IMG/VR virus record: IMGVR_UViG_3300025390_000003
Location: 32,001 to 96,000 of that record
DNA from: a virus
Taxonomy: Duplodnaviria; Caudoviricetes
Direction: 5' to 3' (one strand)
DNA: 64,000 bases
The notes under the pieces were generated by a model. It searched no databases. It was given only the letters and a program-made list of their open reading frames with translations, and had not been told where the DNA came from. The position numbers and the translations under genes were made by a program. Position 1 is the first letter of the stretch. Every line of letters starts with the position of its first letter. Below are positions 40,862-51,400 of the stretch, one piece after another.

Positions 40862-41203
40862 CTATTTATTCGTAATTGTATTTTTAGTATACTCCGCAGC
40901 TTTATTATTAATGCCATATTTTACCAGATGTTCCACTAAAATTTCAAACGACAATGTTTTAATTTTTAGTCGGGTTGGTAGATATTGGCCTCCGTCTGAC
41001 AATTCCAAATATGATTCATTATCTCCGAAATTTGGATCACCGGAGAAGCAAGTACAAAAAATAGAACTTACTTTAGGATCGATAACAATAGTCCAAGACC
41101 GTGCATCCGCTTTACTATAATCATCAAATAATTTATATGCGTAATATCCGCTATCTCTGAGTCTTTTTAAGAAGTATCCTAATGTAGTTAATTTATTAGC
41201 CAT
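40862..41203 (-). CDS. Hypothetical protein
   Basis: 113 aa, TTGTAA-N16-TAAATT upstream. Confidence 0.7.
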   Translation of the reverse strand: MANKLTTLGYFLKRLRDSGYYAYKLFDDYSKADARSWTIVIDPKVSSIFCTCFSGDPNFGDNESYLELSDGGQYLPTRLKIKTLSFEILVEHLVKYGINNKAAEYTKNTITNK

Positions 41204-41231
41204 AATGTTATATTAATTTATCAAATTCTGA

Positions 41232-41975
41232 TTATTTTACAAGTGCGGATATTATAAATTTCACAAGAATATTATCTTCTTGAATTTCGAACACTGTAAT
41301 TTTCAAAGAGTTATTAAATTTGACATTAATTTTACTAGTTTTAATTCCACTGATTAAACGTAAGTGTTCTAGATTTAATGGAACAGCGGGTTCAATAGAT
41401 TCACCAGTATATTCTTCGTTAATCAGATATGTAATATTATTTGAATTTGGGGTTTCTCTATCGTTCAATTCCCCATACACAGAACCATTTTTAGTATACA
41501 AATAAAATTTATTAGAATCTGTGACTATTGATGCTGCCTTCATTATTTCATTAAACTTTCCAACAGTAAGTTCAAATTCGGTATCAAATTGCAACTTATT
41601 TATTTTTGTTACGTTCAACGGGCATTTTGGTATATATCCATCTTCTGATAGGTGATATACGAAATTAAAACTTTTGTTATCATTATAAGTGATATTATTA
41701 TTTTTTACAGTTAAAGAAATGTCACCAACTTTTTCTATACAACCCAACAGTCTAATAAATTTGTCAATATCCAACAGATTCAGTTTTAATGGTGTTTCTA
41801 TATCTATAGCAGTATTTAATTTTGCATATACAATGAAACTTCCATCTTGTGAAGTGCATATTGTATTAATATCGTCCTTTTCTACATTAAGGACGATATT
41901 ACTTGCAACCTTACTAATTGGAGATAAAAACTTCTGAACTAATGTTCCTTTATCTATAGATATTACGGTATCCAT
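41232..41975 (-). CDS. gp45: Sliding clamp (gp45-like)
   Basis: Size, two-domain pattern (LLDIDKFIRLL, FELT...FNEIMKAAS) and replication cluster position. Confidence 0.7.
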   Translation of the reverse strand: MDTVISIDKGTLVQKFLSPISKVASNIVLNVEKDDINTICTSQDGSFIVYAKLNTAIDIETPLKLNLLDIDKFIRLLGCIEKVGDISLTVKNNNITYNDNKSFNFVYHLSEDGYIPKCPLNVTKINKLQFDTEFELTVGKFNEIMKAASIVTDSNKFYLYTKNGSVYGELNDRETPNSNNITYLINEEYTGESIEPAVPLNLEHLRLISGIKTSKINVKFNNSLKITVFEIQEDNILVKFIISALVK

Positions 41976-42400
41976 TATTTTGAATTTGTGACATATTTGA
42001 TATATCTATCAACACTAATACTGATTCTATCAATAGCTTTTGCAAAAATTACGCTCGCATCCGCAAATTTTATTAAAGTTTTTGGATCAATACTACTAAA
42101 AGCAACTGGAGATGGAGAAGGTCTTTGTGTTGGTTGAGGTTGTGGTGCGGATGGATTTCCGTTACTCATTGGGGGTGGCATTGGATATCTTTCCATAGCC
42201 TCCTTATTTAATTGCGCTACTATATTATCCCTATTATTTCTTTCTTGTTGTATTGCACTAGTCAAGAAATTTCTAGGATCGATTTTCTTTGCAGGGCCTG
42301 CGGAACTTTGTTGGAGAGTATCTTTATCAACTTGTCCTAAATTTGCCCCCACAAGTCCAGCCATCATTGCTGCTGCCATTTCATCTTCGGATATTGCCAT
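41975..42400 (-). CDS. Hypothetical proline-rich protein
   Basis: 141 aa, stop overlaps the clamp start. Confidence 0.7.
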   Translation of the reverse strand: MAISEDEMAAAMMAGLVGANLGQVDKDTLQQSSAGPAKKIDPRNFLTSAIQQERNNRDNIVAQLNKEAMERYPMPPPMSNGNPSAPQPQPTQRPSPSPVAFSSIDPKTLIKFADASVIFAKAIDRISISVDRYIKYVTNSK

Positions 42401-42413
42401 ATTATTTTGGGTT

Positions 42414-42452
42414 AAAAGGGTTAGGGATTTTAATGTCCCTAACCCTATTTTT
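42414..42452 (-). terminator. Intrinsic terminator after gp32
   Basis: agggttaggga / tccctaaccct with flanking A/T runs. Confidence 0.75.
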
Positions 42453-42454
42453 TA

Positions 42455-43336
42455 TTAATCTAAGTCTGCAAGTAATGCCTTCAACTTAGCATCAGTGTCT
42501 TCGTCCGTTTCGCTAGTCACCGGATTATTGGATTCAACTTCTCTCTTTTCTGGTCTAGAACTAGAGGCATTCGTTGGTTCATCATCTTCCTCAACTTCTT
42601 CCTTTGCATCCGCATCCTTGATGCATAGGAAGTGAACATCCAACATTCTTTGTAATTCTGCTGCCTTCTTTGGTTTCATGAAGGAAGTAAGATCAAAAAC
42701 GCTATTATGGATTTCATCCAACTTTTCTTCAGTTATTCCGTCTAACGTAGATGGTGCCAAAAATTTAGAAGATACATAAGTCGTGGAAACAGCACTTGCG
42801 TTCTTCTTATCAGTTTTCGATTCACATTTAATTCTTAATGTGCATCCATCCAAGACATCAAATATCTTCGCGCCGAACTCTTCTGCGTCATCACCCTTGA
42901 GCGCACTTTCAATGATTTTATTCAATTCGCTACCATATCGAATGACCTTAACCTTTCCGTTATTTTCAGGGGTAACTGGATCGTTGATAACATACGCATT
43001 TACCATCCAGTTATCTTTTCTGGAAATTAAACGGTTTGCCTTTTTTTGTTCTTCAGTTCCATTATTATAGATATTGAAGATATAATTGTCTATAGGGCAA
43101 GATTCGCCATAAGTCTTAGGACAAAGAGCAGAAACAAATTGCCCTGTAGATACACTCTTCCAACTGTGGTGAAAGTAATGATATGTAGATTGTTTTGGGT
43201 CAGTTACTGTAGGAACTAGACGAACTAGGTATGTATTTCCTGCTGCGAACTTCATTACGTCTTTAAATAAAGATTCGGATTTTGGGTTATATGAGTTTTT
43301 AATCTCATCGAACATTGATTTTGCGTTGTATTTCAT
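42455..43336 (-). CDS. gp32: Single-stranded DNA-binding protein
   Basis: H...CP.TYGESCPI, NAYVINDP..PENNGKVKV..YG and acidic tail. Confidence 0.92.
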   Translation of the reverse strand: MKYNAKSMFDEIKNSYNPKSESLFKDVMKFAAGNTYLVRLVPTVTDPKQSTYHYFHHSWKSVSTGQFVSALCPKTYGESCPIDNYIFNIYNNGTEEQKKANRLISRKDNWMVNAYVINDPVTPENNGKVKVIRYGSELNKIIESALKGDDAEEFGAKIFDVLDGCTLRIKCESKTDKKNASAVSTTYVSSKFLAPSTLDGITEEKLDEIHNSVFDLTSFMKPKKAAELQRMLDVHFLCIKDADAKEEVEEDDEPTNASSSRPEKREVESNNPVTSETDEDTDAKLKALLADLD

Positions 43337-43388
43337 AATTTTTATATTTGATTTATTTGTATTATATATTAGTTTTTTGTGTTTTCAA

Positions 43389-44039
43389 CTATTTCTTCAA
43401 AGTATTTTTAATAAACGCACTTATTTTCTTAATTGCTAGTTTGAGAAAGGGTTTAAGTGGTGAATTTAAATATTTGATTTTTTTGTCGAAAAAGTCTGTA
43501 TATGTAGCTCCAAAAAACAGGAATTGTTCATCCTCTGGTATCTCGCTAATGTATTCAAGCAAGTTTGGAAACTCCATTAAAGTGTATATGTTAATTTTAT
43601 TTAATTTTAAGTGATACATCCAATCAGGGTGCATACCTTGTGTTTTGTTATTAATATATTTATCTAAAGATATTTTATTTTCTATGCAATATTTGGTTAT
43701 AAATCCTAAAGATTTTTTAACATCAGATATATGTTGTTCAGGTGCCAACTTTTCTAATTCATTTTTATATAATGAATAACTTTTTATTGCTCTTAACGAG
43801 GAGAAATATTGTAGGTCGAAATATTCTACATCAGGGTATAATTTATAAGGAGCAATAAAATATAAATTCATATCAATTTCAGGATACTTACCAAAGAGTA
43901 TTGCAATTCTCTTTATATATGGGTATCGTTCATCATCTTCAAATCCAGTAAAGTCTTTCTTTAATTTGAAAGATTTTTTTCTTAAAGATCGGGATACTGC
44001 TAGATGTTTGTTATAAATTGTTTTTTCTATCTCGGTCAT
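43389..44039 (-). CDS. Hypothetical protein, possibly gp59-like helicase loader
   Basis: Size, basic composition and position next to gp32 only. Confidence 0.35.
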   Translation of the reverse strand: MTEIEKTIYNKHLAVSRSLRKKSFKLKKDFTGFEDDERYPYIKRIAILFGKYPEIDMNLYFIAPYKLYPDVEYFDLQYFSSLRAIKSYSLYKNELEKLAPEQHISDVKKSLGFITKYCIENKISLDKYINNKTQGMHPDWMYHLKLNKINIYTLMEFPNLLEYISEIPEDEQFLFFGATYTDFFDKKIKYLNSPLKPFLKLAIKKISAFIKNTLKK

Positions 44040-44346
44040 TTTTTCCCTTTGATTTCTCGAAAATTCTTTTTGTGTTTTTGGATTTTACTAATACTGGATA
44101 TATTTCCATAATTTGCAAAAGCGCATGTCTTACAGTTTCTGCTCCAGTTATTTCCATAAATATATCACGTAATTTAGAATTTTCAAGGATCGACATGAAT
44201 AAAACGGATGCATTGATCCTTTTATTATTAACTATTGACAAATACGCACCAAATTTTAATACATTTATTACAAATTCTTTATTACATATATTATCTAATG
44301 GGTCGTTGCCGCTTATAATGTTGTCTAATATTTTGTCGTTTAACAT
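44011..44346 (-). CDS. Hypothetical protein (start probably MLNDK)
   Basis: ORF within the replication operon. Confidence 0.55.
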   Translation of the reverse strand: MLNDKILDNIISGNDPLDNICNKEFVINVLKFGAYLSIVNNKRINASVLFMSILENSKLRDIFMEITGAETVRHALLQIMEIYPVLVKSKNTKRIFEKSKGKNDRDRKNNL

Positions 44347-44393
44347 ATAATTACAAAAATAATTATACAACATTTAAACAATTGCAAATATTA

Positions 44394-45278
44394 TTATATC
44401 GGTTTTAATGTTTTTGTAAAGGATACGAACGCTTCACTCATACGACCACCACTTGCCGCAGGATGTCCACCACCATCTAACAATTTTTCCGCTAACTTAG
44501 ATAAATCCACTGGACATGAATCTTTTTTACGAACACACACTTTATCATAATCCAATACTACAATAAATACAATATCAACATCATACTTCTCTAAAAGATA
44601 GTCACTCATCTCTTGTATATATTCCTTACCTATTACAGAAATTACTTTGTAATCAACACCCTTTATTGTCAATTTTCCTCTATATACCGTTCTATCTTCA
44701 TTTAAATATGCATCTCTATCTTTCTTATAAAAATCTATAATATTCTTTTGGAATTTATCAAAATTTTTAAAACCTTGACGAAAGTTTACAATGAATGAAT
44801 CTACTTTATTATTAGTGTTATGAAAGACAATATTTAAATCATTGGATAATGGAGTTTTCTTAGTATGTGCATCAAAATCATCCGCTAACCCAATCAATAA
44901 TTTTTGATCGTTAGTAAAATTGGTGTTCTTCCCTAATGTATCTTTTAGCAACTTAGAGCATGAAGTATATTCTTTAATGATGTTTGTTGCACTCTTATAT
45001 TCGTAATTATGTGATTGGCGATGATCGATAATAACAACATTAGGAAAATCTATCATATCTCCGATTTCTGAAGTGTCCAAATCCAAAAAGAACACCTTTT
45101 TATAATCCGTTAGTTGATTTCCCTTCAGCCAGATTTTAACATTTTCAAATAATGAATATGGAGTTGTAGTTTCTATTTTGGGTAGTTTCCCTAAAATCCA
45201 ACTAAGTGTAAGATATGAAGAGATTCCATCTAAATCTCTATGGGTAAAAACTATAATGTTTGAATCTATATTGTCCAT
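44394..45278 (-). CDS. DHH/DHHA1-family phosphoesterase
   Basis: THRDLDG, FLDL, IIDHR and GGGHPAASGG. Confidence 0.88.
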   Translation of the reverse strand: MDNIDSNIIVFTHRDLDGISSYLTLSWILGKLPKIETTTPYSLFENVKIWLKGNQLTDYKKVFFLDLDTSEIGDMIDFPNVVIIDHRQSHNYEYKSATNIIKEYTSCSKLLKDTLGKNTNFTNDQKLLIGLADDFDAHTKKTPLSNDLNIVFHNTNNKVDSFIVNFRQGFKNFDKFQKNIIDFYKKDRDAYLNEDRTVYRGKLTIKGVDYKVISVIGKEYIQEMSDYLLEKYDVDIVFIVVLDYDKVCVRKKDSCPVDLSKLAEKLLDGGGHPAASGGRMSEAFVSFTKTLKPI

Positions 45279-45286
45279 AATTTATA

Positions 45287-46681
45287 TTATTTATTTTCTT
45301 TGCTATCCGCTATTTTATCTAATAACGAAGATATGTCGTTATTGTCTTTATCATCGTCTTCTTCTGTTGGTTCATCTTCCACAAACATATCTTCATTAGT
45401 TTCCGATAATGATAAAGTTTGATAATCAATATTAAATCTCCATCCTCCAGTATTTCTACCAAATCGATTTTTTATCATATTCATATTGATAGAACTCACA
45501 TCAACCTCATCTTTGGGTTTCCATATATTACACATCACATCACATGTTGCTGCTAATGCTATGCTTTCAGAAACCCCTTCCATTCCAGGATTATCTTTAT
45601 TAAATGAATCTCGTTTTAATTGACTTGCGGAAACAACAGGAATATTAAACTTAAACGCCATTGCTCTAAGATGTTCCGCAATTTCCTTAATTTCCGAATA
45701 TGTATTTAAATTCTTACCTATTGGTTTTAGTAGATTTATATAATCGATAACCACAACATCAGGTTTAAACCCTTTATGTTTTAATTTTTTAATATATGCT
45801 TCTAAATGTCTGACAGTAACGGATTTTGGTGCGTATTCTTTAATGACTAATTTATTTCCGTCTAATCTATCTCCGATATTGATAATTTTCTCTTTAAGTT
45901 TATCTGTATACTGCACCAATTCATTGTGTGGTATTTTAGATAATTGAGCACTAATCCGTTTGCTATACATAAACTCAGACATTTCACAAGATATCAATAA
46001 TACATTTCTACCTTTCAGTGTCATGTTTGTCGCTATATTTCCTAAAACAATACTCTTACCAACATTAACTTGTCCTAAGAAACATACCAAAGTTTTCGGA
46101 AATAAACCACCTTCAATTTTATCATCCAGACTTTTCCATCCTGTAGGCATTGGATTATATATAGCTTTCAAATCCTGAATATGAGCATCAATATTTTCAA
46201 AATACCAATGTCCTAAATCTTCATTCAAAGATATTGCATATATTTTTTCAAATTCTTGAAGTGAATCACCAATCTCTCGCTTTCCTTTGGTGTAGTTTTC
46301 AGCCATATCCTCAAGAGTTTTATGTAATCCTCTTTCCTTTAGAAATTTTTCAGTATTTTCATAAAGTTCTTCCTTATTGAATTTGTCACCCAATATGTTT
46401 TTATTTCGAGTTAATACATCCCGCAATGCCAATTTATCTTCATCAGAAATCAATTTAGCCTTAATTTCTGCATACGTTGGACACACACCACGATCATTAA
46501 AAAATTCTACAATCTTATTAAAAATTAATCGTATTTGTTTATCCACGAAATATGCTGGATTCGCATGATCAACAATAGCTGCTAGATATTGCTCATCATT
46601 AATACAATTAACAAGAATGATATTTTCGTAATACTCTAAATCTAGTTTTTTTTCTTCTAATATTTCTTTTTTTTCGTTCAC
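45287..46681 (-). CDS. gp41: Replicative helicase (DnaB/gp41-like)
   Basis: PTGW, GQVNVGKS, SCEM, VIDYINL, SASQ, KNRFG. Confidence 0.93.
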   Translation of the reverse strand: MNEKKEILEEKKLDLEYYENIILVNCINDEQYLAAIVDHANPAYFVDKQIRLIFNKIVEFFNDRGVCPTYAEIKAKLISDEDKLALRDVLTRNKNILGDKFNKEELYENTEKFLKERGLHKTLEDMAENYTKGKREIGDSLQEFEKIYAISLNEDLGHWYFENIDAHIQDLKAIYNPMPTGWKSLDDKIEGGLFPKTLVCFLGQVNVGKSIVLGNIATNMTLKGRNVLLISCEMSEFMYSKRISAQLSKIPHNELVQYTDKLKEKIINIGDRLDGNKLVIKEYAPKSVTVRHLEAYIKKLKHKGFKPDVVVIDYINLLKPIGKNLNTYSEIKEIAEHLRAMAFKFNIPVVSASQLKRDSFNKDNPGMEGVSESIALAATCDVMCNIWKPKDEVDVSSINMNMIKNRFGRNTGGWRFNIDYQTLSLSETNEDMFVEDEPTEEDDDKDNNDISSLLDKIADSKENK

Positions 46682-46723
46682 AATATAATTCCTATATTAT
46701 ACCACATCACTTTAAGAAATCTA

Positions 46724-47908
46724 TTATTCTTCGCTAGATTCATCATCTTCATCAATATCATCTACATCTTCTGCAAGTTTAGCCATTTCCTTGTCGATAA
46801 TAGCTGAAGGTGTTTCTGCTTCTCCACCATACTTGAGTTTTTCTTGGAGCACCTTTTCCAATTCTGGCATGATCATCTCCCAAATTTCAGCATTCTTTTC
46901 GATGTTTTTTCTAAATCCTATAGACTTATCACCAAACTTATATGATCTACCTTCTTTTTGTATTAATCCAAATGCTTCAGCCATATCAAACAATCCAGCA
47001 TAAGGATCTAATCCAGTTTGAAAGTTTAAATACAATTCAGTTTTTAAATATGATGGAATGAAACGGTTCTTAGTTGTTAATGCACCCAAAGTAACACCAG
47101 AAACATTATGTGATATTTCTACTGCGGCTTCATCAGGATTTTCTGAAGATTTTTCTTGCTTTGTGCTTAATTGGACTAACACCGAAGCGAGATATGTTGG
47201 TGCCTTTCCTCCACTCGTAGTTTTAACCAAAGAAGGATACATGTCACCAGGATTATCATAAATATGATTACTGAACAAAATTGGAACTCTAGCTTTCGCA
47301 GATTTATATGTCAAAGCTCGCATCATACTCCGAATACTCTTACTTCTTGTACCCATGTCTGCGGCACTTTTACCTTCTTGTGCATCTTTAATTTCTTTAG
47401 CGGATGATAAATTACCTAAAGAATCGATAGATATGATAAATTTATTTTTCTCTTTGTTTGATGGGTCTTCTGAATTGGATTTAATAACATTATCCAAAAA
47501 CATACAAATTTGGTTTCTACAGTCTTCAATAGCTTCTACTGGATAATATTTAACTTTCTTTGGATTTCCGCCTACAGACTTTATGTTGTCTTTATCAACT
47601 GCAACTTCAGAGTCCCAAATAACTCCAATATAACCTTCTTTTTGTGCATTAGCAATTACTTTATTAATAATCAAAGTTTTACCAGACATACTCGGACCTG
47701 AAAATCCTGTAATACGACTTTTTGGAATACCGCCATATAGTGATCCTGATATAATTGCGTTTAATGCATAACAACCAGTGGAAATATAACCATCAGGTGT
47801 TGATAATGTGGAATCTGATAATATTTCTGCATCAGGATTTAATTTATCCACTGATCCAAAAATTCCACTAAATCCTTTCAATTCATTTTTTTCTTTTTTA
47901 ATAGCCAT
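46724..47908 (-). CDS. uvsX: RecA-like recombinase
   Basis: ISTG..ALN..ISG, GPSMSGKT, IDSLGNL, ADMGTR, SGG. Confidence 0.93.
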   Translation of the reverse strand: MAIKKEKNELKGFSGIFGSVDKLNPDAEILSDSTLSTPDGYISTGCYALNAIISGSLYGGIPKSRITGFSGPSMSGKTLIINKVIANAQKEGYIGVIWDSEVAVDKDNIKSVGGNPKKVKYYPVEAIEDCRNQICMFLDNVIKSNSEDPSNKEKNKFIISIDSLGNLSSAKEIKDAQEGKSAADMGTRSKSIRSMMRALTYKSAKARVPILFSNHIYDNPGDMYPSLVKTTSGGKAPTYLASVLVQLSTKQEKSSENPDEAAVEISHNVSGVTLGALTTKNRFIPSYLKTELYLNFQTGLDPYAGLFDMAEAFGLIQKEGRSYKFGDKSIGFRKNIEKNAEIWEMIMPELEKVLQEKLKYGGEAETPSAIIDKEMAKLAEDVDDIDEDDESSEE

Positions 47909-47936
47909 AATGTATTTATATGTTGATGCGAAAGCT

Positions 47937-47972
47937 AATGGTAGTGGATGGCATCAAACATCCACTACCATT
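47937..47972. terminator. Hairpin, probable terminator
   Basis: aatggtagtggatg / catccactaccatt. Confidence 0.7.
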
Positions 47973-47986
47973 TTTAATATTTCCTA

Positions 47987-48361
47987 TTACTTCACATCAT
48001 CGAACAACTTAATAGTAGGCGGTTCGTTACTTGCTTGTGGGATAATGATTGGTGATGGATTAAAAATCTGTGCATACTGTGCAGGAAGTTTAAAGTCATA
48101 AACAATATCTTCGCTTTCTGTGATATTGTTCCGCTTATACTTCCAAACAGTTCCAGAATCTTTGTCAGCCAAAAACTCACGGAAAAACAATGGCAATATT
48201 TGCAATTGTATCTGTCCAGTTTGAGGATTTGGGACAATATGAATCAACGCAGGATTCTTAATTGCCAATACTTCGTTATTTGATTGTTCTGCAACCGCTT
48301 CGCCAATAATAGTTCTGCCGATTGTGTCAAGGAATGTAGTTAATTTAATAGTTTCGCTCAT
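47987..48361 (-). CDS. Hypothetical protein
   Basis: 124 aa, TTGATT-N16-TAAATT upstream. Confidence 0.7.
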   Translation of the reverse strand: MSETIKLTTFLDTIGRTIIGEAVAEQSNNEVLAIKNPALIHIVPNPQTGQIQLQILPLFFREFLADKDSGTVWKYKRNNITESEDIVYDFKLPAQYAQIFNPSPIIIPQASNEPPTIKLFDDVK

Positions 48362-48406
48362 AATATTTCAAATATAATTTATGTATAGTATTTCCAAAAT
48401 CAAGGG

Positions 48407-51400
48407 TTAATCAGAAAATAAATCAAATAAGTTTGTAGTAGTTTGATTGCACACATCAGGCATCATCCAATTCACTCCATCATATAATCTTTCTATTGCT
48501 GGTAATATCTGTTTTTCAAACATCTTTTCTTTATCTACAACTAGTTTTGTAAATTCTTTAGGGTATTCACTAGGATAAGCAATGGCATCTAAACCATATA
48601 CATTCTTCTTGAGATATACCCATTTAACCTTTTGATTTGAATTTATTCTCTCGTATTTATCTTCGATTTTTAATAATTTCAAGAGTAAATTATATGCAAT
48701 TGCTGCTTTTACATGCACTGGTGTTCCTGATTCGAATTTTGTCAGTGTTGAAGTCTTCGCATATTTTTCATAATTGTTTACTGAAATACGAAACGCCATA
48801 TCATCCAAACTTAATTGTTTAAAATCATCATACACCTTTATATACACTTCATTTGTAGACTTTAATGTTTTCAAAGATAATAAAGTATTCATTATCCGTT
48901 TGATAAATTCTTTAACTTCCTTAGATATTGTAGATTTCGCAACTTCAACTCCAACATATTTAAATTCATCAGTTTTCTTACCTTCTTTATCATTGATGTG
49001 TAATATATAACGTTTTTTCATCAAAAATACTCCTGCATCCGCAATAACTTCTCTTTTAAATACGAATCTTGGATCAGTAGTATGCAATTCTCGTTTTGCC
49101 CACACATTAATCTCATCGTTTAATACATTGTCAATCTCATCAATAACAATAGCCGCATCTTTTGCGATATCACCATTATCTTCTAATAGTTTATAATTTT
49201 TAATATCTAGTATTGGTGCAACAGTCAAGTAAATTGAATTATGGACTAATATATCATTTGCAAAATATGTTTGTTCCACTGGATTTTCTGTATCCATTTC
49301 AAAATCGTATACATATTCATCATCGAAAACATCAAGCTGTTCTACTTTAAATTTATCTGTAATTATAGTTTTAAGTATGCTCGTTATATTATCTGATATA
49401 TACAATATTTTATCACTTTCTGCAATTTCTTTAGGTGATATTCTTGTTAGTTTATCATTCCTAACAACTACCATATCATGATCTTCCGTTATGACCACAC
49501 TTTTACCGTCTACCGTAATCTTATATCGTTTCTTGGTTACTTTATGCCGAATTATGTGTTTAATTTTACCATAAACTGGTATATTATTTTTATATGTTAA
49601 AATTTCTATACCATTAGTATGTTTCATTTCATGTCCAGATGATGTTTTTAGAATGATATTATCATTATTCTCCCAAAGTTTTTCTATTGTATCCTCACCA
49701 TTCTTGTGTCGAATTATACTATCAAAAGCTACTGAGTCCGTATCACCGTACACCACAATACTTTTACCTGTCACTCCGTATTTTTCCTTTGCGTGGCGAT
49801 CTACAATATTTGCAGCCTCTTGTCCAACTGCTCTACCCGTTGCGGTGACTGATCTTGCAGCATCAATATCCGCAAAAATACAGTAATTATTCGCAAACGC
49901 CCCATATAAAGAATTAAGAAAAATCTTTACAGTATATTGCAAAGTGTCAAGATAAATAAGTTCATATTCATCTTCGTCGGTTTTCATTTTTTTCTTATCT
50001 ATTTTTTTATATTTTGCTTTTGCATCTACTCGTTTTGTATAAAGATCGTCAACTAATTTTGGAATGATGCCTTTATTTTTTTGTGAATATATTACATTAG
50101 CATTTGATATACACATCTGTTCACTTATCAAAAACTTTTTCAATTTTGATATAGAGAGTGTATAAGATTTTCCTGTTACCAATACCAATTCCGCAACATC
50201 ATCAGGATTATTAAAATCAGGATTGTTTATAAGTTTTCCCACTTTTGTCTCTGGTGATATGTTTAATGTAATAATGGTGTTTGGGTATAGACTATTAGCA
50301 TCGAAGCTTACAATGGCTTCCTGGAGTCCTGTAATAGGCTCTCTGACGAATCCACCAGGAAGTTCACCATTAAGATTAGGAGGGAATGTCGGAATGGTTA
50401 ATCCTTCCTTTTTAGCTTGAATTGCAATAGCACCAACAACCAATGTTACTTTACCCAAAGCACTTTCAAAGTTCGAACAACCTTGGTATGAAAGCAATCT
50501 TGCGATTTGAATATATTTTAATTTCTCCTCAAGTTTAACAAGCAATGCAACATCTTGAATATTATACTCAACAAAATTTTTCCAATCTGTGTCTGCTAAT
50601 GTCGAAAGATTTGTGGCATTTATTTCCAATTTCCCTTCGTTCAATTCTACTTCTCCAATATAATTTAATTTATACGATTCTCGTTTATCTCTTGCGAAGG
50701 TTTTATATAATAACATATAGTCCAATATACTCACGCCTTGGATATGCCATTTTATAAATTGTTGTCCAAAGTCATTTGTTGCATTAGATGAATATAGTTT
50801 TCTGAATGGTGAAAGTCTTTTTGCTGCTGCTTCACCCATAACATTAGTAATACGATTGATTATATATGGAACGTCAAAACCATCACAATTATGGGTTTTT
50901 ATACCATTACACACAAAATAATGAGTGGACGTTTCAATATCTGCCATTTCTGTGGGGGTTTCGGTTTTATATATTTTTCTTATTTTTACTAAAATATTAT
51001 CTTCCTTGATAAAGTATTTAATTTTATCACTAGAATTATTACATTTTTCAAAAAAACATACCCCTCCATCAATTTTTCTATTTGGGTGTATAATATCAAG
51101 ACCACGTAGAAAACTTTCATTTTCTAATATAAAAGGTATCCTATTTAATGTTTTAGTTTTTGTAGATATTACATTATTCCACAATAATAATTGTTGTAAA
51201 TTTGATAAGTTTTCTTCTATGCTATTACAGACGCCTAACGTTTTTTGGATATTAGAAAAACATCCATCGCCATCAACCAAACCTGAATAAAAACTTTTAA
51301 ATTGTTCATAAGATAGCATCGATATTGGGGTTATTGATATTTTTTTCTTGTTGTTTATATCGTAAATAAAAGGCAATAATATCCCAATTTTATTATTAAC